A DNA stretch of 64,000 nucleotides from an uncultured Candidatus Micrarchaeota archaeon. Lineage in GTDB: Archaea; Micrarchaeota; Micrarchaeia; Micrarchaeales; Micrarchaeaceae. Shown in pieces: positions 42,962 to 53,687 of the stretch (its first letter is position 1; each line of letters starts with the position of its first letter). The stretch covers positions 370 through 64,369 of the forward strand of contig CAVXKI010000002.1 of assembly GCA_963762345.1 (NCBI GenBank), in the 5' to 3' direction. The translations under genes were made by a program, and so were the position numbers. The notes under the pieces were generated by a model. That model was not told the origin of the DNA and did not search any database. It worked only from the letters and a program-made list of their open reading frames with translations.

Positions 42962-44171
42962 GTGAGTGCAATGAAACAAGAGTATAATATAAGGAAGGAG
43001 ATGAAGCGTCTTTCATCAATTCGCGGCAGTGGAACCGAGCTCATAAGCCTTTACATCCCTCCAGGCTCGCAGATATCCGATGCTACCACAAAACTTCGAG
43101 AGGAGCACGGCCAGGCTGCGAACATAAAATCTAAGACGACAAAGACAAACGTGCAGGCAGCCATAGACAAAATAATGCAGTACCTGAAGCTTTACAAGCA
43201 GCCGCCGAAAAACGGGCTCGCTATCTTCTGCGGCAACATATCCTCGGAGGCGGCCAAGCCAGACATAGAGCTGTTTTCGATAGAGCCCCCGCTGCCTATC
43301 CGCACAAACATATACAGATGCGATTCCACATTCCTTCTTGAGCCGATAGAGGCGATGACAGAGAGCAAGGACATCTATGCGCTTGTAGTGATGGACGGAA
43401 GAGAAGCGACGCTCGGGACGCTTCGTGGCAATCATTTCGAGAAACAGAAGCAGATAAGGTCTTTTGCGCACGCAAAGATCAGGAAGGGCGGCCAGTCCAT
43501 GAACAGATACCAGAGGCTTATCGAGGAAAGCATCGAGGATTATTACAAAAGGGTCGGCGACTTCTGTAAACGAGCTCTATGCAAAGTACAATTTCAAGAT
43601 CAAGGGGCTTCTTGTTGGCGGACCTGGTCCCTCAAAGGAGAACTTCGTTAGGGCGAAGACGATAAACTACCAGATAAAGGTGCTCGGCATCTTCGATACT
43701 GGATATACGGACGAGGTCATGGGCGTGAACGAGCTCCTCGAGCGATCGAAGGAAGTGCTCGAAGCCCAGGAGGCCATACAGGAAAGAAACGTAATGGAAA
43801 GGTTCATGAGCGAGACCGCGCGTGGCGGGCTTGCGGTTTCGGGTTATGATGCCGTGAAAAAGGCCCTTCAATCAAACAATGTCATGAAACTGCTTGTGAG
43901 CGAAGGAATAGAGTTGACAAAAGTAGAATACAGGTGCTCGAAGTGCGGCGCAGAAATCACCGCGGTAGAGCAGGGAAACTCGAGAAAGGACAAGCATGAT
44001 GATGGAGGAAAGCTGGAGATAGTAAAGCAGACGGACGCGATCGAGGAACTGCTCGACATAGCCGATGCTGCAAAGATAGACATAATATTCGTCAGCGACG
44101 ACAGCCAGTACGGGAAACAGCTCCTTCTCGGCTTTGGGGGAATAGCAGCGATGCTAAAGTACAAGCCCTGA
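42962..44171 (+). pseudogene. prf1: peptide chain release factor aRF1, one frameshift near 43557-43570
   Basis: NIKS (ANIKSKTT) and GGQ (KIRKGGQSMNRY) motifs. After YYKRVGD the frame shifts; the continuation VNELYAKYNFKIKGLLVGGPGPSKENF... joins ORF 43680-44171. Confidence 0.85.
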
Positions 44172-44720
44172 TCATGGGCCGGCGGTAATCTCAGATGCGA
44201 CGCCGCACTGGATCATGAATCTCACGTCACCGGATACGTAAAGAGTGTCTGTCGTTATAACCGTCTTGTTCACCAGGCTGTAGTTTATGAATATCGCAGG
44301 AGTAGATGTGCTCATCTTGAGGCATTGCGCAGTGGAGGTGGAGTTGCTCGGGCTGCCCAATCCTGTGGTCGTGTACGAGCACGATGTCTGGTTCATCACG
44401 AAATAGCTTATAGTTGTGGGATCTTTGTGCGCAGACCCGTGCGTGCTTGTCAATTGTTCTATTAGATTGCTCGCGCAGTCTATCGCAGGGCTCAATGCAG
44501 TGTTGTTTGCCCCGTATACAACAACGGCTACATGAGGCGCAGCGTCGAAATTGCTCTCGAAAGTGGTTATGCTCGTGCCTGTCGTTGCGTTCAGCCCGTA
44601 GACAAGCCCTCCCGCTATTACTGCTACTATTATGACTGTGAACACGATGACAGCTATGAACTTCTTGCCGTCAGATGGCGCGGCCTTCTTTTCCTGCTTC
44701 TTGTCCCCCTTTGGCATTAT
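44172..44720 (-). CDS. membrane-anchored protein whose ectodomain is paralogous to the C-terminal domain of 44717-46870
   Basis: Likely start MPKGDKKQEKK, one TM. The ectodomain ...VYGANNTALSPAIDCASNLIEQL...PAIFINYSLVNKTVITTDTLYVSGD...QCG aligns with IYIMANQSIAYNASVQQCVTALETTI...PTIIINPGSNSTIVYKGLYGDTLYVTGT...ACP. Confidence 0.5.
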   Translation of the reverse strand: MMPKGDKKQEKKAAPSDGKKFIAVIVFTVIIVAVIAGGLVYGLNATTGTSITTFESNFDAAPHVAVVVYGANNTALSPAIDCASNLIEQLTSTHGSAHKDPTTISYFVMNQTSCSYTTTGLGSPSNSTSTAQCLKMSTSTPAIFINYSLVNKTVITTDTLYVSGDVRFMIQCGVASEITAGP

Positions 44721-46870
44721 ACCACCCTTGCTACGGCGTTGAGCGGGCATGCGGTCCCTGATGCGGCTGTCCCGGTCACATACAGCGTGTCGCCGTATAG
44801 GCCCTTGTATACTATCGTGCTGTTGCTTCCCGGGTTTATTATTATAGTCGGGTCATAGCTCGAGTATATTTTGTTTACGCATGCGGATCCTGTTATCGAC
44901 GAATTGCCCGGATAGGTGCAGCCGTTGCTGTTGAACGTGGTGTAATAGTAGGTCTTGCCGAAGCCTTTTATCGTGGTCTCGAGCGCGGTCACGCACTGCT
45001 GCACAGATGCGTTATACGCTATGCTCTGGTTTGCCATTATGTAAATCGTGTTTGCCGCAGTGGCGCTCGCCACGAATCCGCTTGCTGGCAGGAAGTCATT
45101 CGCGCCGGCTGCGTATGAATATGTCGTTGCGGTGTATATCAGCACCAGTATGAACATGATAACGAAGAGCATCATCCATGCCCTCTGCGTTCCTGGGTTC
45201 ATGTTCAGCTTGTGCTCCTTCTGCAGCCTGAAGTAGGTGAGGAAGTAGATTATCAGCAGTATGATTATGCCTATGAAGAACGAGATCGCGGCCGCGTATG
45301 TCGGAGCTGCCGCAAGCTTGGATGCAACGGGGGTAGTGGGCGATGCCAGCAGCGCGTTGAGCATTCCGCCGTCGACGGCCTTTATTGTACCGCCAGGACT
45401 GAACGGAGGCAGTATTGAATGCGCCTGTCCGCTTATCGAGCTTATCTGCGCGCTCAGCGACGCGGCGGTCGATGCGTTTATCCTTCCGTTGAGCTTTGCA
45501 TTTATCGCAGATTGCTGTGTTGCAAGCGCGCTTACGGATGTCGGGGGGACCTGGAAGTCAAGCTCTCTCAGGAGTATCAGGCTTGTGCTGTTGTACGCGC
45601 TCTTGTACAATGGAAGGTACTTCGCGGCGGCGCTGCCGTATGTTTTTGTCGAGTTTGTTATAGTATTATTGAGCAGGAGCCCTGCCGAGGTGAAGTTCTG
45701 GTTTATTCCTGACTGGTTTATTGCCAGCTCTACTGCGGCGAGCATCGCGATGGAGCTTTGCAGCGAGCTGTTCTGATAATGCGATGCCAGGAACGTCATG
45801 TTGTTGTACAGAGATAGGTATTTTGGATATGTTGCAGCCATAAGCGCGTTGAAGGTGGCGCTCTGCCCCGCTACGTACTTCGGCTCGAAGAACTGCGCCC
45901 CGTAGTTCGCGCTCCTTATCGCTATGTTGGTTATGCTTGTATTTGATATTGGAGTGGATAGGATGGCGCTTATCTGGCTTTGCAGATTTTCTAGCAGCGT
46001 GATATTGAAGTTCGGGTTCTGGCAGAATCCGGTTGAGTAGCAGTACCACGGACCTCCCTGCACGCCCTGGTATGATATGCAGTTGTTGCGCTGCTTCGTC
46101 ACGTTTGTGTACAGGAACAGCGGGTCCTGCAGTATTGTTGAGTTGAGAAGCTCTATGGTGGAAATGATGCCTGACATCTGCTGCAGGTTGCTGCCTATGT
46201 TTGCCTGCGTTATGTTCGACGACAGGGAGTAGTAGCTGTTGTAGCTGGTGTTCAATATCGTGTAATTCCACGAGAAGTTCATTATGCCGCCGATAAAGCC
46301 GAGGGGTACGCCCACAGAGAGCTTGCCGACCCTTCCCTGCAGCGCATCGAAGCATATGGGCACACTCTGGCACGTCTTTTGTATGCATGATGTGGTGTTG
46401 TAATGCGCAGGACACAGGAAGTTGTTAAGTCCGGTCTCCTGCAGGCAGTCCGCAAGCGCGGGCTGGGCATTCGCCTGGTAGCTTCTAATGTTGAATTGCA
46501 GGCTGCCCAGTACCGTCGAGTTCGGGAAATACTTGCTTATCAGGAACGGCCGCAATACCTTGAAATTGGTAGCCTGGTCAAGCACGAATGACTGGTCGTT
46601 TACCGAGAGATTGCTCATGTTGAATACTATGTAGTTGTCGCCCGAGCTGTTTATCTGCATTATGGTGTAGTTGTACCCATTAACAGACTCGTTTATGAAT
46701 ACGGAGTCGCTTGTTATCGCATTCGGTATATAGCCTGCTATGAAGGCTTTCAGATCAGAAAGAGAAGCGTGATGGGGCGTGAAGCCGGGCTGTATGACCC
46801 TTGCGTTGGCCGTTGCAACCAGGCCGATGATCGCGATCAGCGATATAATTCCGAATATCTTTGCATTCAT
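44717..46870 (-). CDS. heavily N-x-S/T-sequon-rich surface glycoprotein with C-proximal TM hairpin (candidate S-layer anchor/stalk)
   Basis: 717 aa with a signal peptide, dozens of N-x-S/T sequons, and two TM helices (ISFFIGIIILLIIYFLTYF; MMLFVIMFILVLIYTATTY) followed by a ~130-aa ectodomain. Directly downstream of the S-layer-type gene. Confidence 0.55.
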   Translation of the reverse strand: MNAKIFGIISLIAIIGLVATANARVIQPGFTPHHASLSDLKAFIAGYIPNAITSDSVFINESVNGYNYTIMQINSSGDNYIVFNMSNLSVNDQSFVLDQATNFKVLRPFLISKYFPNSTVLGSLQFNIRSYQANAQPALADCLQETGLNNFLCPAHYNTTSCIQKTCQSVPICFDALQGRVGKLSVGVPLGFIGGIMNFSWNYTILNTSYNSYYSLSSNITQANIGSNLQQMSGIISTIELLNSTILQDPLFLYTNVTKQRNNCISYQGVQGGPWYCYSTGFCQNPNFNITLLENLQSQISAILSTPISNTSITNIAIRSANYGAQFFEPKYVAGQSATFNALMAATYPKYLSLYNNMTFLASHYQNSSLQSSIAMLAAVELAINQSGINQNFTSAGLLLNNTITNSTKTYGSAAAKYLPLYKSAYNSTSLILLRELDFQVPPTSVSALATQQSAINAKLNGRINASTAASLSAQISSISGQAHSILPPFSPGGTIKAVDGGMLNALLASPTTPVASKLAAAPTYAAAISFFIGIIILLIIYFLTYFRLQKEHKLNMNPGTQRAWMMLFVIMFILVLIYTATTYSYAAGANDFLPASGFVASATAANTIYIMANQSIAYNASVQQCVTALETTIKGFGKTYYYTTFNSNGCTYPGNSSITGSACVNKIYSSYDPTIIINPGSNSTIVYKGLYGDTLYVTGTAASGTACPLNAVARVV

Positions 46871-46996
46871 GGCGACACTCTATGTAGGTATTAGCTATTG
46901 TATAAGAATATTTAAAAACCTGCACTAAAACTTTTGGCTTGCTGCTTTTTGTCGGCGCAAAGCTGCGCTAAGATATTGAAACAAAAGAAAAAGATA

Positions 46997-47069
46997 AGCC
47001 TTTTTCAAGGAAAAAGGCTCAAAAAAGAGCTAAACAAAAAAGAAAAAAGGACCGTATTTTTATACGGTC
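46997..47069 (-). terminator. double terminator after the S-layer-type gene
   Basis: Hairpin GACCGTAT-aaaa-ATACGGTC (47050-47069, includes the stop codon), followed by CTTTTTTCTTTTTTG. A second hairpin AGCCTTTTT-ccttg-AAAAAGGCT (46997-47019) is followed by a T-rich tract. Confidence 0.6.
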
Positions 47070-50056
47070 GCCTGCGCGTACAGCTGGTTTATGAAGTTAT
47101 CAGCTGCTGCTTGTGTCTGGTTTCCATAGAATCCAGCTATCAGGATCCTGTTGGTTCCATACGCCTGTGCTATCGGCTGCGAGCTTGGCGTGAACGTTAT
47201 GTTCTGCGACACTTGCAACTGCTGCGATAGGGAGTTAACGAACCCTGATCCTATCAATATGTAGTTGCTCTGTGGTGTAGCTGCCGCCTGCGAGTCTAGC
47301 ACTACCAGTGGTGCCGAGCCTGACAACGACTTCAGCAATACAGGCGTTGTGGCGCTTGATACAGACGGTATCGCCTGTATGTTGCCTATGCCTGTTATGT
47401 TGTACGTTGCTCCCGGAGCTAGTATCACTGTTGCGTTGACCTTGCCTATGCTTACATTGGCAATGTTCGTGGCCTGTCCGACTCCGTATGGGCCCCATAG
47501 CTTGTAGCTCTTGCCCGATATCGCTGTTGCCGCTGTCGCCACTGCGAACTGCAGTGTGTCAACGGTCTTTGCTATCGAGAATGTGTCCGTGTTCGGGCTG
47601 ATTATTGCTACCTTTGAGCCACGCTCTGTCCTGAATCCCGGAGGCGCATTTATCAGCGTTCCGATCGTCGAGGTATACGTGACGTTGTTCTTTGTTCCAG
47701 ACAACGAGTAGTTCAGCTGGAATATAGGCGATGAGCCCAATGCCTGAATACCCGAGGTGCTGTTCATCAACTGGAACGACATGTAGTCAACGGCTGCGGT
47801 GTTTGTAGGCACTGCTATTTCACCCATGCTGTATGTGAAGTAGTTTCCTACCTGTCCCGCTACGTTCAACGGGTTTGCAAGCTGCTTCAGGAGGAATGTG
47901 CTTGTCGGCTGTCCGTTCTGCTGGTTGTAGATGACGTTGCCGAGGTTTATTCCCTGCCATGCCTTACCCGCTATCGTATACAGTATACCAGGCGTGTATG
48001 TGGTCAATGTTGCCAGTGGCGCGTTGGTTACTGCGTTGGCCTCGATAACCTCTATCGAGAATCCTGTTCCAGGCAGCGCTTTGTTGTTCAATGTTATTGC
48101 AGTTATGTTGTAGAACAACTGCGTTGTCGTCACAATGTTGCCTGTCGTCGCCGAGTTGCCGCTGAACGCGAACGGAGCCGATACTGCCGATGTGGCAGAT
48201 GATGTTGGCCATCCTGATACCGTTCCTGTCAACTGGTACGTGGATGTTATCCATGTTGCTCCAGTGTTGCTCGTGTATACCAACGCTATCTGTGTGTTTG
48301 TTGGTGCGGTGACTCCGGCTGCATTATTCTGTTCGACCAGCTGGTACGGTGTAAGTAAGTACTGCACCGATCCGCTCGATTGTCCTGCATACGAGAATGC
48401 ATTCGGGATTCCGCTTGTTACTGTCAACAGCTGAGCCGGCTCTGTTATGTTTGTCGGATTTGGATATCCAACGCCTCCACCTGTACCAAGGTTCTGGTAT
48501 TGGAGGGAGCTTGTCTGTGATGTAGTTGCCGTTACAGTGTCGAAGTTTCCTGAGCCAAGTTGGTCACCGATGAAGGTGAGCTTGTATGCCACAGGGTTCT
48601 GGACAAAGTTGAAGCTCTGACCAGGATTTAGCGACGTTGCCGATGTGTTGAAGAGTATTATGCTCTGCAACGAGTTTGCGTTCTGCGCCGTTGTGGACGT
48701 AGTGTTTGTCCAGAGCAGCTTTACCTGCCAACCTGGGTTGGTTGTTTGGTTGAACACCTTTCCGTCCTGTATCTTATATACATTACTGTACAGCTGCATC
48801 TTCGCCCACTTCTGGTATGCGTACAAACCTGCGAACGTGCTGTTCACGTTTACATACAGGGTTTGACCAGAGATGTTGAACTTCTGGGTGTTGCCCGGGT
48901 ATATCTGCGACGTGTTTGTCAACAGGTTGTTGTAGTAGACATTTATTGATGCCTGCGATACGCCTCCCGTGTTAGGCTGACCCAAGTCTGTAAGCTGCAC
49001 CTTGAATGGCGCCGCCGTTATGTTCTGACCTACGTATACTGTTTGTATAGTAGCCAGCGATGTCGCCAGGAACAGTTGGCCTCCATTCACGAAGTTCTGC
49101 GAGCCTATTGTCTTGCCCGGAGGGGTCTCGTTGATTATTGTCCAGTTTGTCTTTAGCAACTGGATAGGCACGTTGATGTTCTTCGCGCCTGAGCCTGTTA
49201 GCCAGAATATAGGCTTGTTGAATGTCACCTGGTATGCACCACCAGAGCTCAATAGCTGGAATTGGTTAACTCCAGATTGCTGGTTGTATACAGGGAATCC
49301 TGTTAGCCACAGTATCTCGGTTTCTCCAGAGCCACCATAGTTGCTCAGAAGAGCAGGCAGTTGTGCGTTCGTTATTTCCATAACGTTATCGAACGTTGTT
49401 CCCGCCTGGAACGTCGAGAATGTAATACCGCCGCCGTTGCTAGATGCAAGAGGAGGGTTTGACACAGGCACATAGTTGACTGTCGAGTAAGGCGATGCCG
49501 CCGGGGACAATGTCAAGGAGTTTGACTCCTGGTATGCGTACTGTGTTCCTGTTCCGCTCTGCAACTGCTTCGTGTACTGCAGCGAGCTTAGTATTATAGC
49601 GCCGTTAAGCACTGATCCTATCAAGGCTCCGAACTGGAACGATCCACTTGTCGAGGTTGAGCCAGACTCGTTTAGCCAGACCTGCTGGTTTGTAACGGTC
49701 GCTCCCTTCGATGAGGATACAGATACCTTTAGAACGGATGCAGCCTGCGACTGGTTTACCGTTGCCGTAACCGGTACGCTTGCATACGCAAGGTTTCCGA
49801 TAGCCGCAGCGATGTTTCCTGCTGAAACGCCGTCGATTGGTTGTGCACTCGATCCTATTACTATCTGTACAAGCGGTTGTCCGCTCGCGCTTATGATCGG
49901 TATGTTACCTATTGTTATTGGGCCTGCGAACGCAGCGCCAAGTCCTAACAAAGCAGCTCCTGCTACTATTGTCGCGATTCTCTTTGCATTTAGAGTTTTC
50001 ACTTTCTCACCTAAACATTCTACCAATAAGAGCGAAGGCAAGGTATTTAAACCCAT
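47060..50056 (-). CDS. S-layer-type major surface glycoprotein
   Basis: ~980-998 aa. Sec signal peptide KRIATIVAGAALLGLGAAFA, no other TM, T/S/N/Q/G-rich with many sequons. The real start is probably GTG at 50002 behind GGTGA, because the ORF-track ATG lies inside the TATA box. Confidence 0.6.
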   Translation of the reverse strand: MGLNTLPSLLLVECLGEKVKTLNAKRIATIVAGAALLGLGAAFAGPITIGNIPIISASGQPLVQIVIGSSAQPIDGVSAGNIAAAIGNLAYASVPVTATVNQSQAASVLKVSVSSSKGATVTNQQVWLNESGSTSTSGSFQFGALIGSVLNGAIILSSLQYTKQLQSGTGTQYAYQESNSLTLSPAASPYSTVNYVPVSNPPLASSNGGGITFSTFQAGTTFDNVMEITNAQLPALLSNYGGSGETEILWLTGFPVYNQQSGVNQFQLLSSGGAYQVTFNKPIFWLTGSGAKNINVPIQLLKTNWTIINETPPGKTIGSQNFVNGGQLFLATSLATIQTVYVGQNITAAPFKVQLTDLGQPNTGGVSQASINVYYNNLLTNTSQIYPGNTQKFNISGQTLYVNVNSTFAGLYAYQKWAKMQLYSNVYKIQDGKVFNQTTNPGWQVKLLWTNTTSTTAQNANSLQSIILFNTSATSLNPGQSFNFVQNPVAYKLTFIGDQLGSGNFDTVTATTSQTSSLQYQNLGTGGGVGYPNPTNITEPAQLLTVTSGIPNAFSYAGQSSGSVQYLLTPYQLVEQNNAAGVTAPTNTQIALVYTSNTGATWITSTYQLTGTVSGWPTSSATSAVSAPFAFSGNSATTGNIVTTTQLFYNITAITLNNKALPGTGFSIEVIEANAVTNAPLATLTTYTPGILYTIAGKAWQGINLGNVIYNQQNGQPTSTFLLKQLANPLNVAGQVGNYFTYSMGEIAVPTNTAAVDYMSFQLMNSTSGIQALGSSPIFQLNYSLSGTKNNVTYTSTIGTLINAPPGFRTERGSKVAIISPNTDTFSIAKTVDTLQFAVATAATAISGKSYKLWGPYGVGQATNIANVSIGKVNATVILAPGATYNITGIGNIQAIPSVSSATTPVLLKSLSGSAPLVVLDSQAAATPQSNYILIGSGFVNSLSQQLQVSQNITFTPSSQPIAQAYGTNRILIAGFYGNQTQAAADNFINQLYAQATV
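50043..50052 (-). promoter_or_regulatory. TATA box of the S-layer-type gene
   Basis: The minus strand reads GGGTTTAAATACC about 46 nt upstream of GTG 50002. Confidence 0.45.
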
Positions 50057-50361
50057 ATGCCATTTTTAACATTTCTTTTATAAAAGAGAGTTTATACTTC
50101 GTCCATCGTAGTATTTCCTCTCTTTAAAGGACGGATTTCTCCCTCGTGACTCCCTCTGTAAACCATATGTGTGGATTGCCGTAGTCCGTACCCATGCCAT
50201 GCTCAGATCCATTGGGCTGGCAAGCTATATATAATGTGAACCTGCCCTGCTTTGGAGGTGCCAGGACCTGGGCTTGTTGGACCAGGCTGCGCGCATTTAA
50301 GAGAATCATTAAAAAGGTTATTTGCCAATCGTAACTGTCATTTTTCAGTAGAGGGGAACAT

Positions 50362-52698
50362 GTGGGCCTAATGGAGGGAACAACTACACCAGAGGAAATC
50401 AAGCACGAGGCTGTCCATTCTGCGCCAGCTGAGACCCATGCTCACCGCAAGGCCATGAACATAAGCCTCGAGAACAAGTACATTTTTGCCGTCATAGTCG
50501 TAGCCATAATGATAGTGCTCGTATACCTTAGGACAGGGCTTCTGCAATATCAGGGATTGTTCGAGCCTGACGGCTTCTTCTATTTTACGGCGCTAAAGCA
50601 GCTGGTAGCCCAGGGTTATCCTCTGGTTACGCCGAGCACGCAGGTGCTGCTCTCATCATACCCGTGGCACTACAGGCTCAATGAGGGGATAGGCCTGATG
50701 TACTTCACGCTCATACCGTACTTCTTCCTCAGGTTCTTCGGCATCAGTCTCTTGACAGTAATGCAGCTTGTGCCGATAGGCTTCGGCATTCTCGAGGTGA
50801 TAGTCGCGTATTTCCTTGTCAAACATCTGGCAAACAGCAGGGCTCTCGGGCTCCTTGCCATGTTCTTCATCGCTGCGTCAAGCGGCAACGTAGCCAGGAC
50901 TGCGGGCGCGGTGTACAGGGGAGACACGTTCGTAACTCTGTTCGTAATGCTTGCGCTGCTCCTGATGCTGATGATATTGAGGGAGAAGAATGACAAGAGG
51001 CGTTATGCATATCTTATAATAGTGACAGTCCTTGTCGGCAGCAGCATGCTGGTATGGAACGGCGGCGTGATAGTGCCGGCTCTCTTCTTCCTCTCCGCAG
51101 GGGTGGTCGCTGTATATGGATTCGTGGCGGCCGATAAGAGGGCGCTCGAGAACTGCGTGTTGCTGCTCATGGCCACGCTCATAGGCTGGGTCATCAACCT
51201 GTTCTGGCTTTCGATCGGGATGGTCAACGGCAACCTGTTCGCCACCACAAGCTTCTTCGGCATATTCATACCTGTAATGGTAGGCACGCTCATAGCGAAA
51301 TACCTGATAGACAAAAGACATTCGTTCAAGAGCAACTCAATCTTCACTGCGATCACCGGCAGCCTTTCAAGGAGAGTCATTGTCCTAGTAGCAGTGGCGG
51401 TAGTGATAGGGCTGCTCGCGCTCATTGTATTCAGCTCGTATATAAACGCGCTGCTGACTAACGGAGGCAGCATCTACGTGCAGAACAGCAACATAGCGAA
51501 TACTACGCAGGAGTTGCAACCTCCCACTTATGCATTCCTGTGGGCGAGCTTCAGCCTGCAGCTGTTCCTTGCTCCGATAGGCGTGCTTCTCTACCTGCTG
51601 CTCGCGCACACTGCTGCCGATACGCACCACGTGAAGAGGGGAAGATTGAGAGTGAACATGGGCTACGGCTTCGTTGTGCTTTTCGTATACCTTGCAGTGG
51701 CCGCATATCTGCAGGGCGGGGCCATAAGGTACAATTCCGTGCTGTCTGTGCCCCTTGCTCTCTTCTCGGCCTACGCCGTGTATATAATATACAAGGCGAT
51801 CAGCGGCTACAGCATGGTGCTCAGGGGAACAGAGATAAAGTTCGCTTACATTTACTGCGGCTTTGTGATCGCGCTCCTTCTTTTGCAGGTAAGCTTCACG
51901 CAGGCGCAGACTATGGCAAGCGTGCAAGCTGATGGAATCAACCCGTTGTTCCTGCAGGCGATGACATGGGTAAGCCAGAACACTCCGAAGAACGCGACGT
52001 TCGATGACCTCTGGCCTGACGGAAGCGTTGTGGAGGGATGGGGCAACCGCACGTCGTTCCAGGACAGCGTCGGGGGCGAGAACGGCACAAGGATAGTCGC
52101 ATTCGGCCAGTACATGTTCAACACAGGCACTGATTCGCAGTATCTGATAAACAAGGCGTTCAAGCCGCAGTATATCCTTGTGAGATACTTCTGGTACGAC
52201 GAGCTGGGGGGCATAGCAGAAGAGGCTAATCTCACGCAGAACCTGACCCTTTACGGTTACCAGGCCATGACCGGCTTCAACATTGCGGGCAATTCGACGC
52301 AGCAGATCTACGAGTTCTCCAGCCCATCGTACGGTGTCCAGCTGATAATAAGGCCGCAGGCCAACGGCACGAGGAGCATGGTTGCGCTCATCGCTCCGCT
52401 AGGCACCAACGCGACGCGGCAGCTCGCAAACATATTGTTCATAAACTCCAGCACCGACGACTATTCTATAATAACCACGAACAGCCCGAGCGCACTGAAC
52501 TTCACGCTTCTGGTGACGTTCTCTGGCAGGAACATAACCGGCGCTGCCCTGGCAGGCCAGGAGCTCTCCTATTCCAACATGTTCAGGTTCTTGGAGGAGT
52601 GCGGGTACAACGAGTGCAACTACGGAGATGCGAACGTGAGCGCGCAGCTCGTTTACGCGAATGCCGATTCTAAGATAATAAAGCTGACTTACACATAA
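50362..52698 (+). CDS. STT3/AglB-like oligosaccharyltransferase (divergent GT-C)
   Basis: 778 aa with ~13 TM helices plus a C-terminal soluble domain. First-loop FEPDGFFYF, RTAGAVYRGDTF, and DDLWPDGSVVEGWG in place of WWDYG. ATG at 50371. Confidence 0.5.
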   Translation: MGLMEGTTTPEEIKHEAVHSAPAETHAHRKAMNISLENKYIFAVIVVAIMIVLVYLRTGLLQYQGLFEPDGFFYFTALKQLVAQGYPLVTPSTQVLLSSYPWHYRLNEGIGLMYFTLIPYFFLRFFGISLLTVMQLVPIGFGILEVIVAYFLVKHLANSRALGLLAMFFIAASSGNVARTAGAVYRGDTFVTLFVMLALLLMLMILREKNDKRRYAYLIIVTVLVGSSMLVWNGGVIVPALFFLSAGVVAVYGFVAADKRALENCVLLLMATLIGWVINLFWLSIGMVNGNLFATTSFFGIFIPVMVGTLIAKYLIDKRHSFKSNSIFTAITGSLSRRVIVLVAVAVVIGLLALIVFSSYINALLTNGGSIYVQNSNIANTTQELQPPTYAFLWASFSLQLFLAPIGVLLYLLLAHTAADTHHVKRGRLRVNMGYGFVVLFVYLAVAAYLQGGAIRYNSVLSVPLALFSAYAVYIIYKAISGYSMVLRGTEIKFAYIYCGFVIALLLLQVSFTQAQTMASVQADGINPLFLQAMTWVSQNTPKNATFDDLWPDGSVVEGWGNRTSFQDSVGGENGTRIVAFGQYMFNTGTDSQYLINKAFKPQYILVRYFWYDELGGIAEEANLTQNLTLYGYQAMTGFNIAGNSTQQIYEFSSPSYGVQLIIRPQANGTRSMVALIAPLGTNATRQLANILFINSSTDDYSIITTNSPSALNFTLLVTFSGRNITGAALAGQELSYSNMFRFLEECGYNECNYGDANVSAQLVYANADSKIIKLTYT

Positions 52699-52715
52699 GC
52701 ATCATTGATGAGAGC

Positions 52716-53687
52716 ATGGATGACAACGTAACTACTCTAGACAAGGTGTTCGCAAACAGGAGCTACGTGGTGAATGTTGACCTTGCCATCGACCGCTTCG
52801 GCTTTGGGGGAATGCTGAAGATCGCGGCGCTGAGGCTTGGCATCGTCGGCGAGATCACGATAGAGAAGAATGGAGTCTCGCACAGACTGAACATGCAGAA
52901 CTTCCAGGCTTTCTGGAGGGACGAGGTAAGCCAGGACGACGACAAGACGATAATAGAGGGGGGGGACAGCCTGCGCTTCAAGTACAATGGAAAAAACGTG
53001 GTGTTCAAGACAGACGCGAGGAGCAAGAGGATAACCAACCAGACGATAAAGCTGATAAGGGAGCAGTTCTTCTCCGATCAATACAATTTCGAGAGAATAA
53101 AGGGAGGGACTGTAGTCGACATAGGCGCCAGCGTGGGCGACAGCGCGATATACTTTGCGCTTAAGGGCGCGAAGATAGTCTATGCTTATGAGCCGTTTCC
53201 ATACGCATACGGAATGGCGAGAAAGAATGTTGCAGCAAACCATCTCGACAAGATAATAAAACTGCACAACGAAGGTGTAGGAGGAAAGAACTCGAAGCTC
53301 GGCTTTGACAAGACATACATAAGCGAAGGCGGCGACAGCATAACAGACGCGGTCGGAAAGAGGAAGGCGGGCAGGCCATCTGTATCTGTGAATGTCATAA
53401 CTCTCAAATCCATAGTCGATAAGTACAAAATAAGGCACGCAATGCTGAAGAGCGACTGCGAGGGCGCGGAATACGACATACTGCTTGGCGCAGACGACAA
53501 CACGCTGGAAGCCTTCGACGAGATAATGCTGGAGTACCATTACGGCTACATCAACTTAAAGGAGAGGCTGGAGAGGGCGGGCTTCGATGTGAATATCTCA
53601 GGCCCGACAAAGATGCTGCACGCGGACGGGGCTCCGTGCTCCTACTCCGGATTGATACGGGCAAAGAGGCGCGATGATCATGGCTGA
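52716..53687 (+). CDS. FkbM-family SAM-dependent methyltransferase
   Basis: VVDIGASVGDSAIYFALKG SAM motif and KSDCEGAEYDIL motif. Confidence 0.8.
   Translation: MDDNVTTLDKVFANRSYVVNVDLAIDRFGFGGMLKIAALRLGIVGEITIEKNGVSHRLNMQNFQAFWRDEVSQDDDKTIIEGGDSLRFKYNGKNVVFKTDARSKRITNQTIKLIREQFFSDQYNFERIKGGTVVDIGASVGDSAIYFALKGAKIVYAYEPFPYAYGMARKNVAANHLDKIIKLHNEGVGGKNSKLGFDKTYISEGGDSITDAVGKRKAGRPSVSVNVITLKSIVDKYKIRHAMLKSDCEGAEYDILLGADDNTLEAFDEIMLEYHYGYINLKERLERAGFDVNISGPTKMLHADGAPCSYSGLIRAKRRDDHG

Noticed and set aside
50057-50361. Possible structured ncRNA (RNase P CR-I-like GAGGGAGAAAUCCGUCC; SRP-like CCCAGGUC...AGCAGG) in the 300-nt divergent intergenic region, and the 92-aa ORF 50124-50402(-)
   Set aside because: The matches are short and imperfect, and the required partner motifs (GNAR tetraloop, CR-IV/CR-V) are not evident. 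The region is adequately explained as a divergent promoter region between the S-layer gene and the OST gene. The ORF has no start signal or recognisable family.
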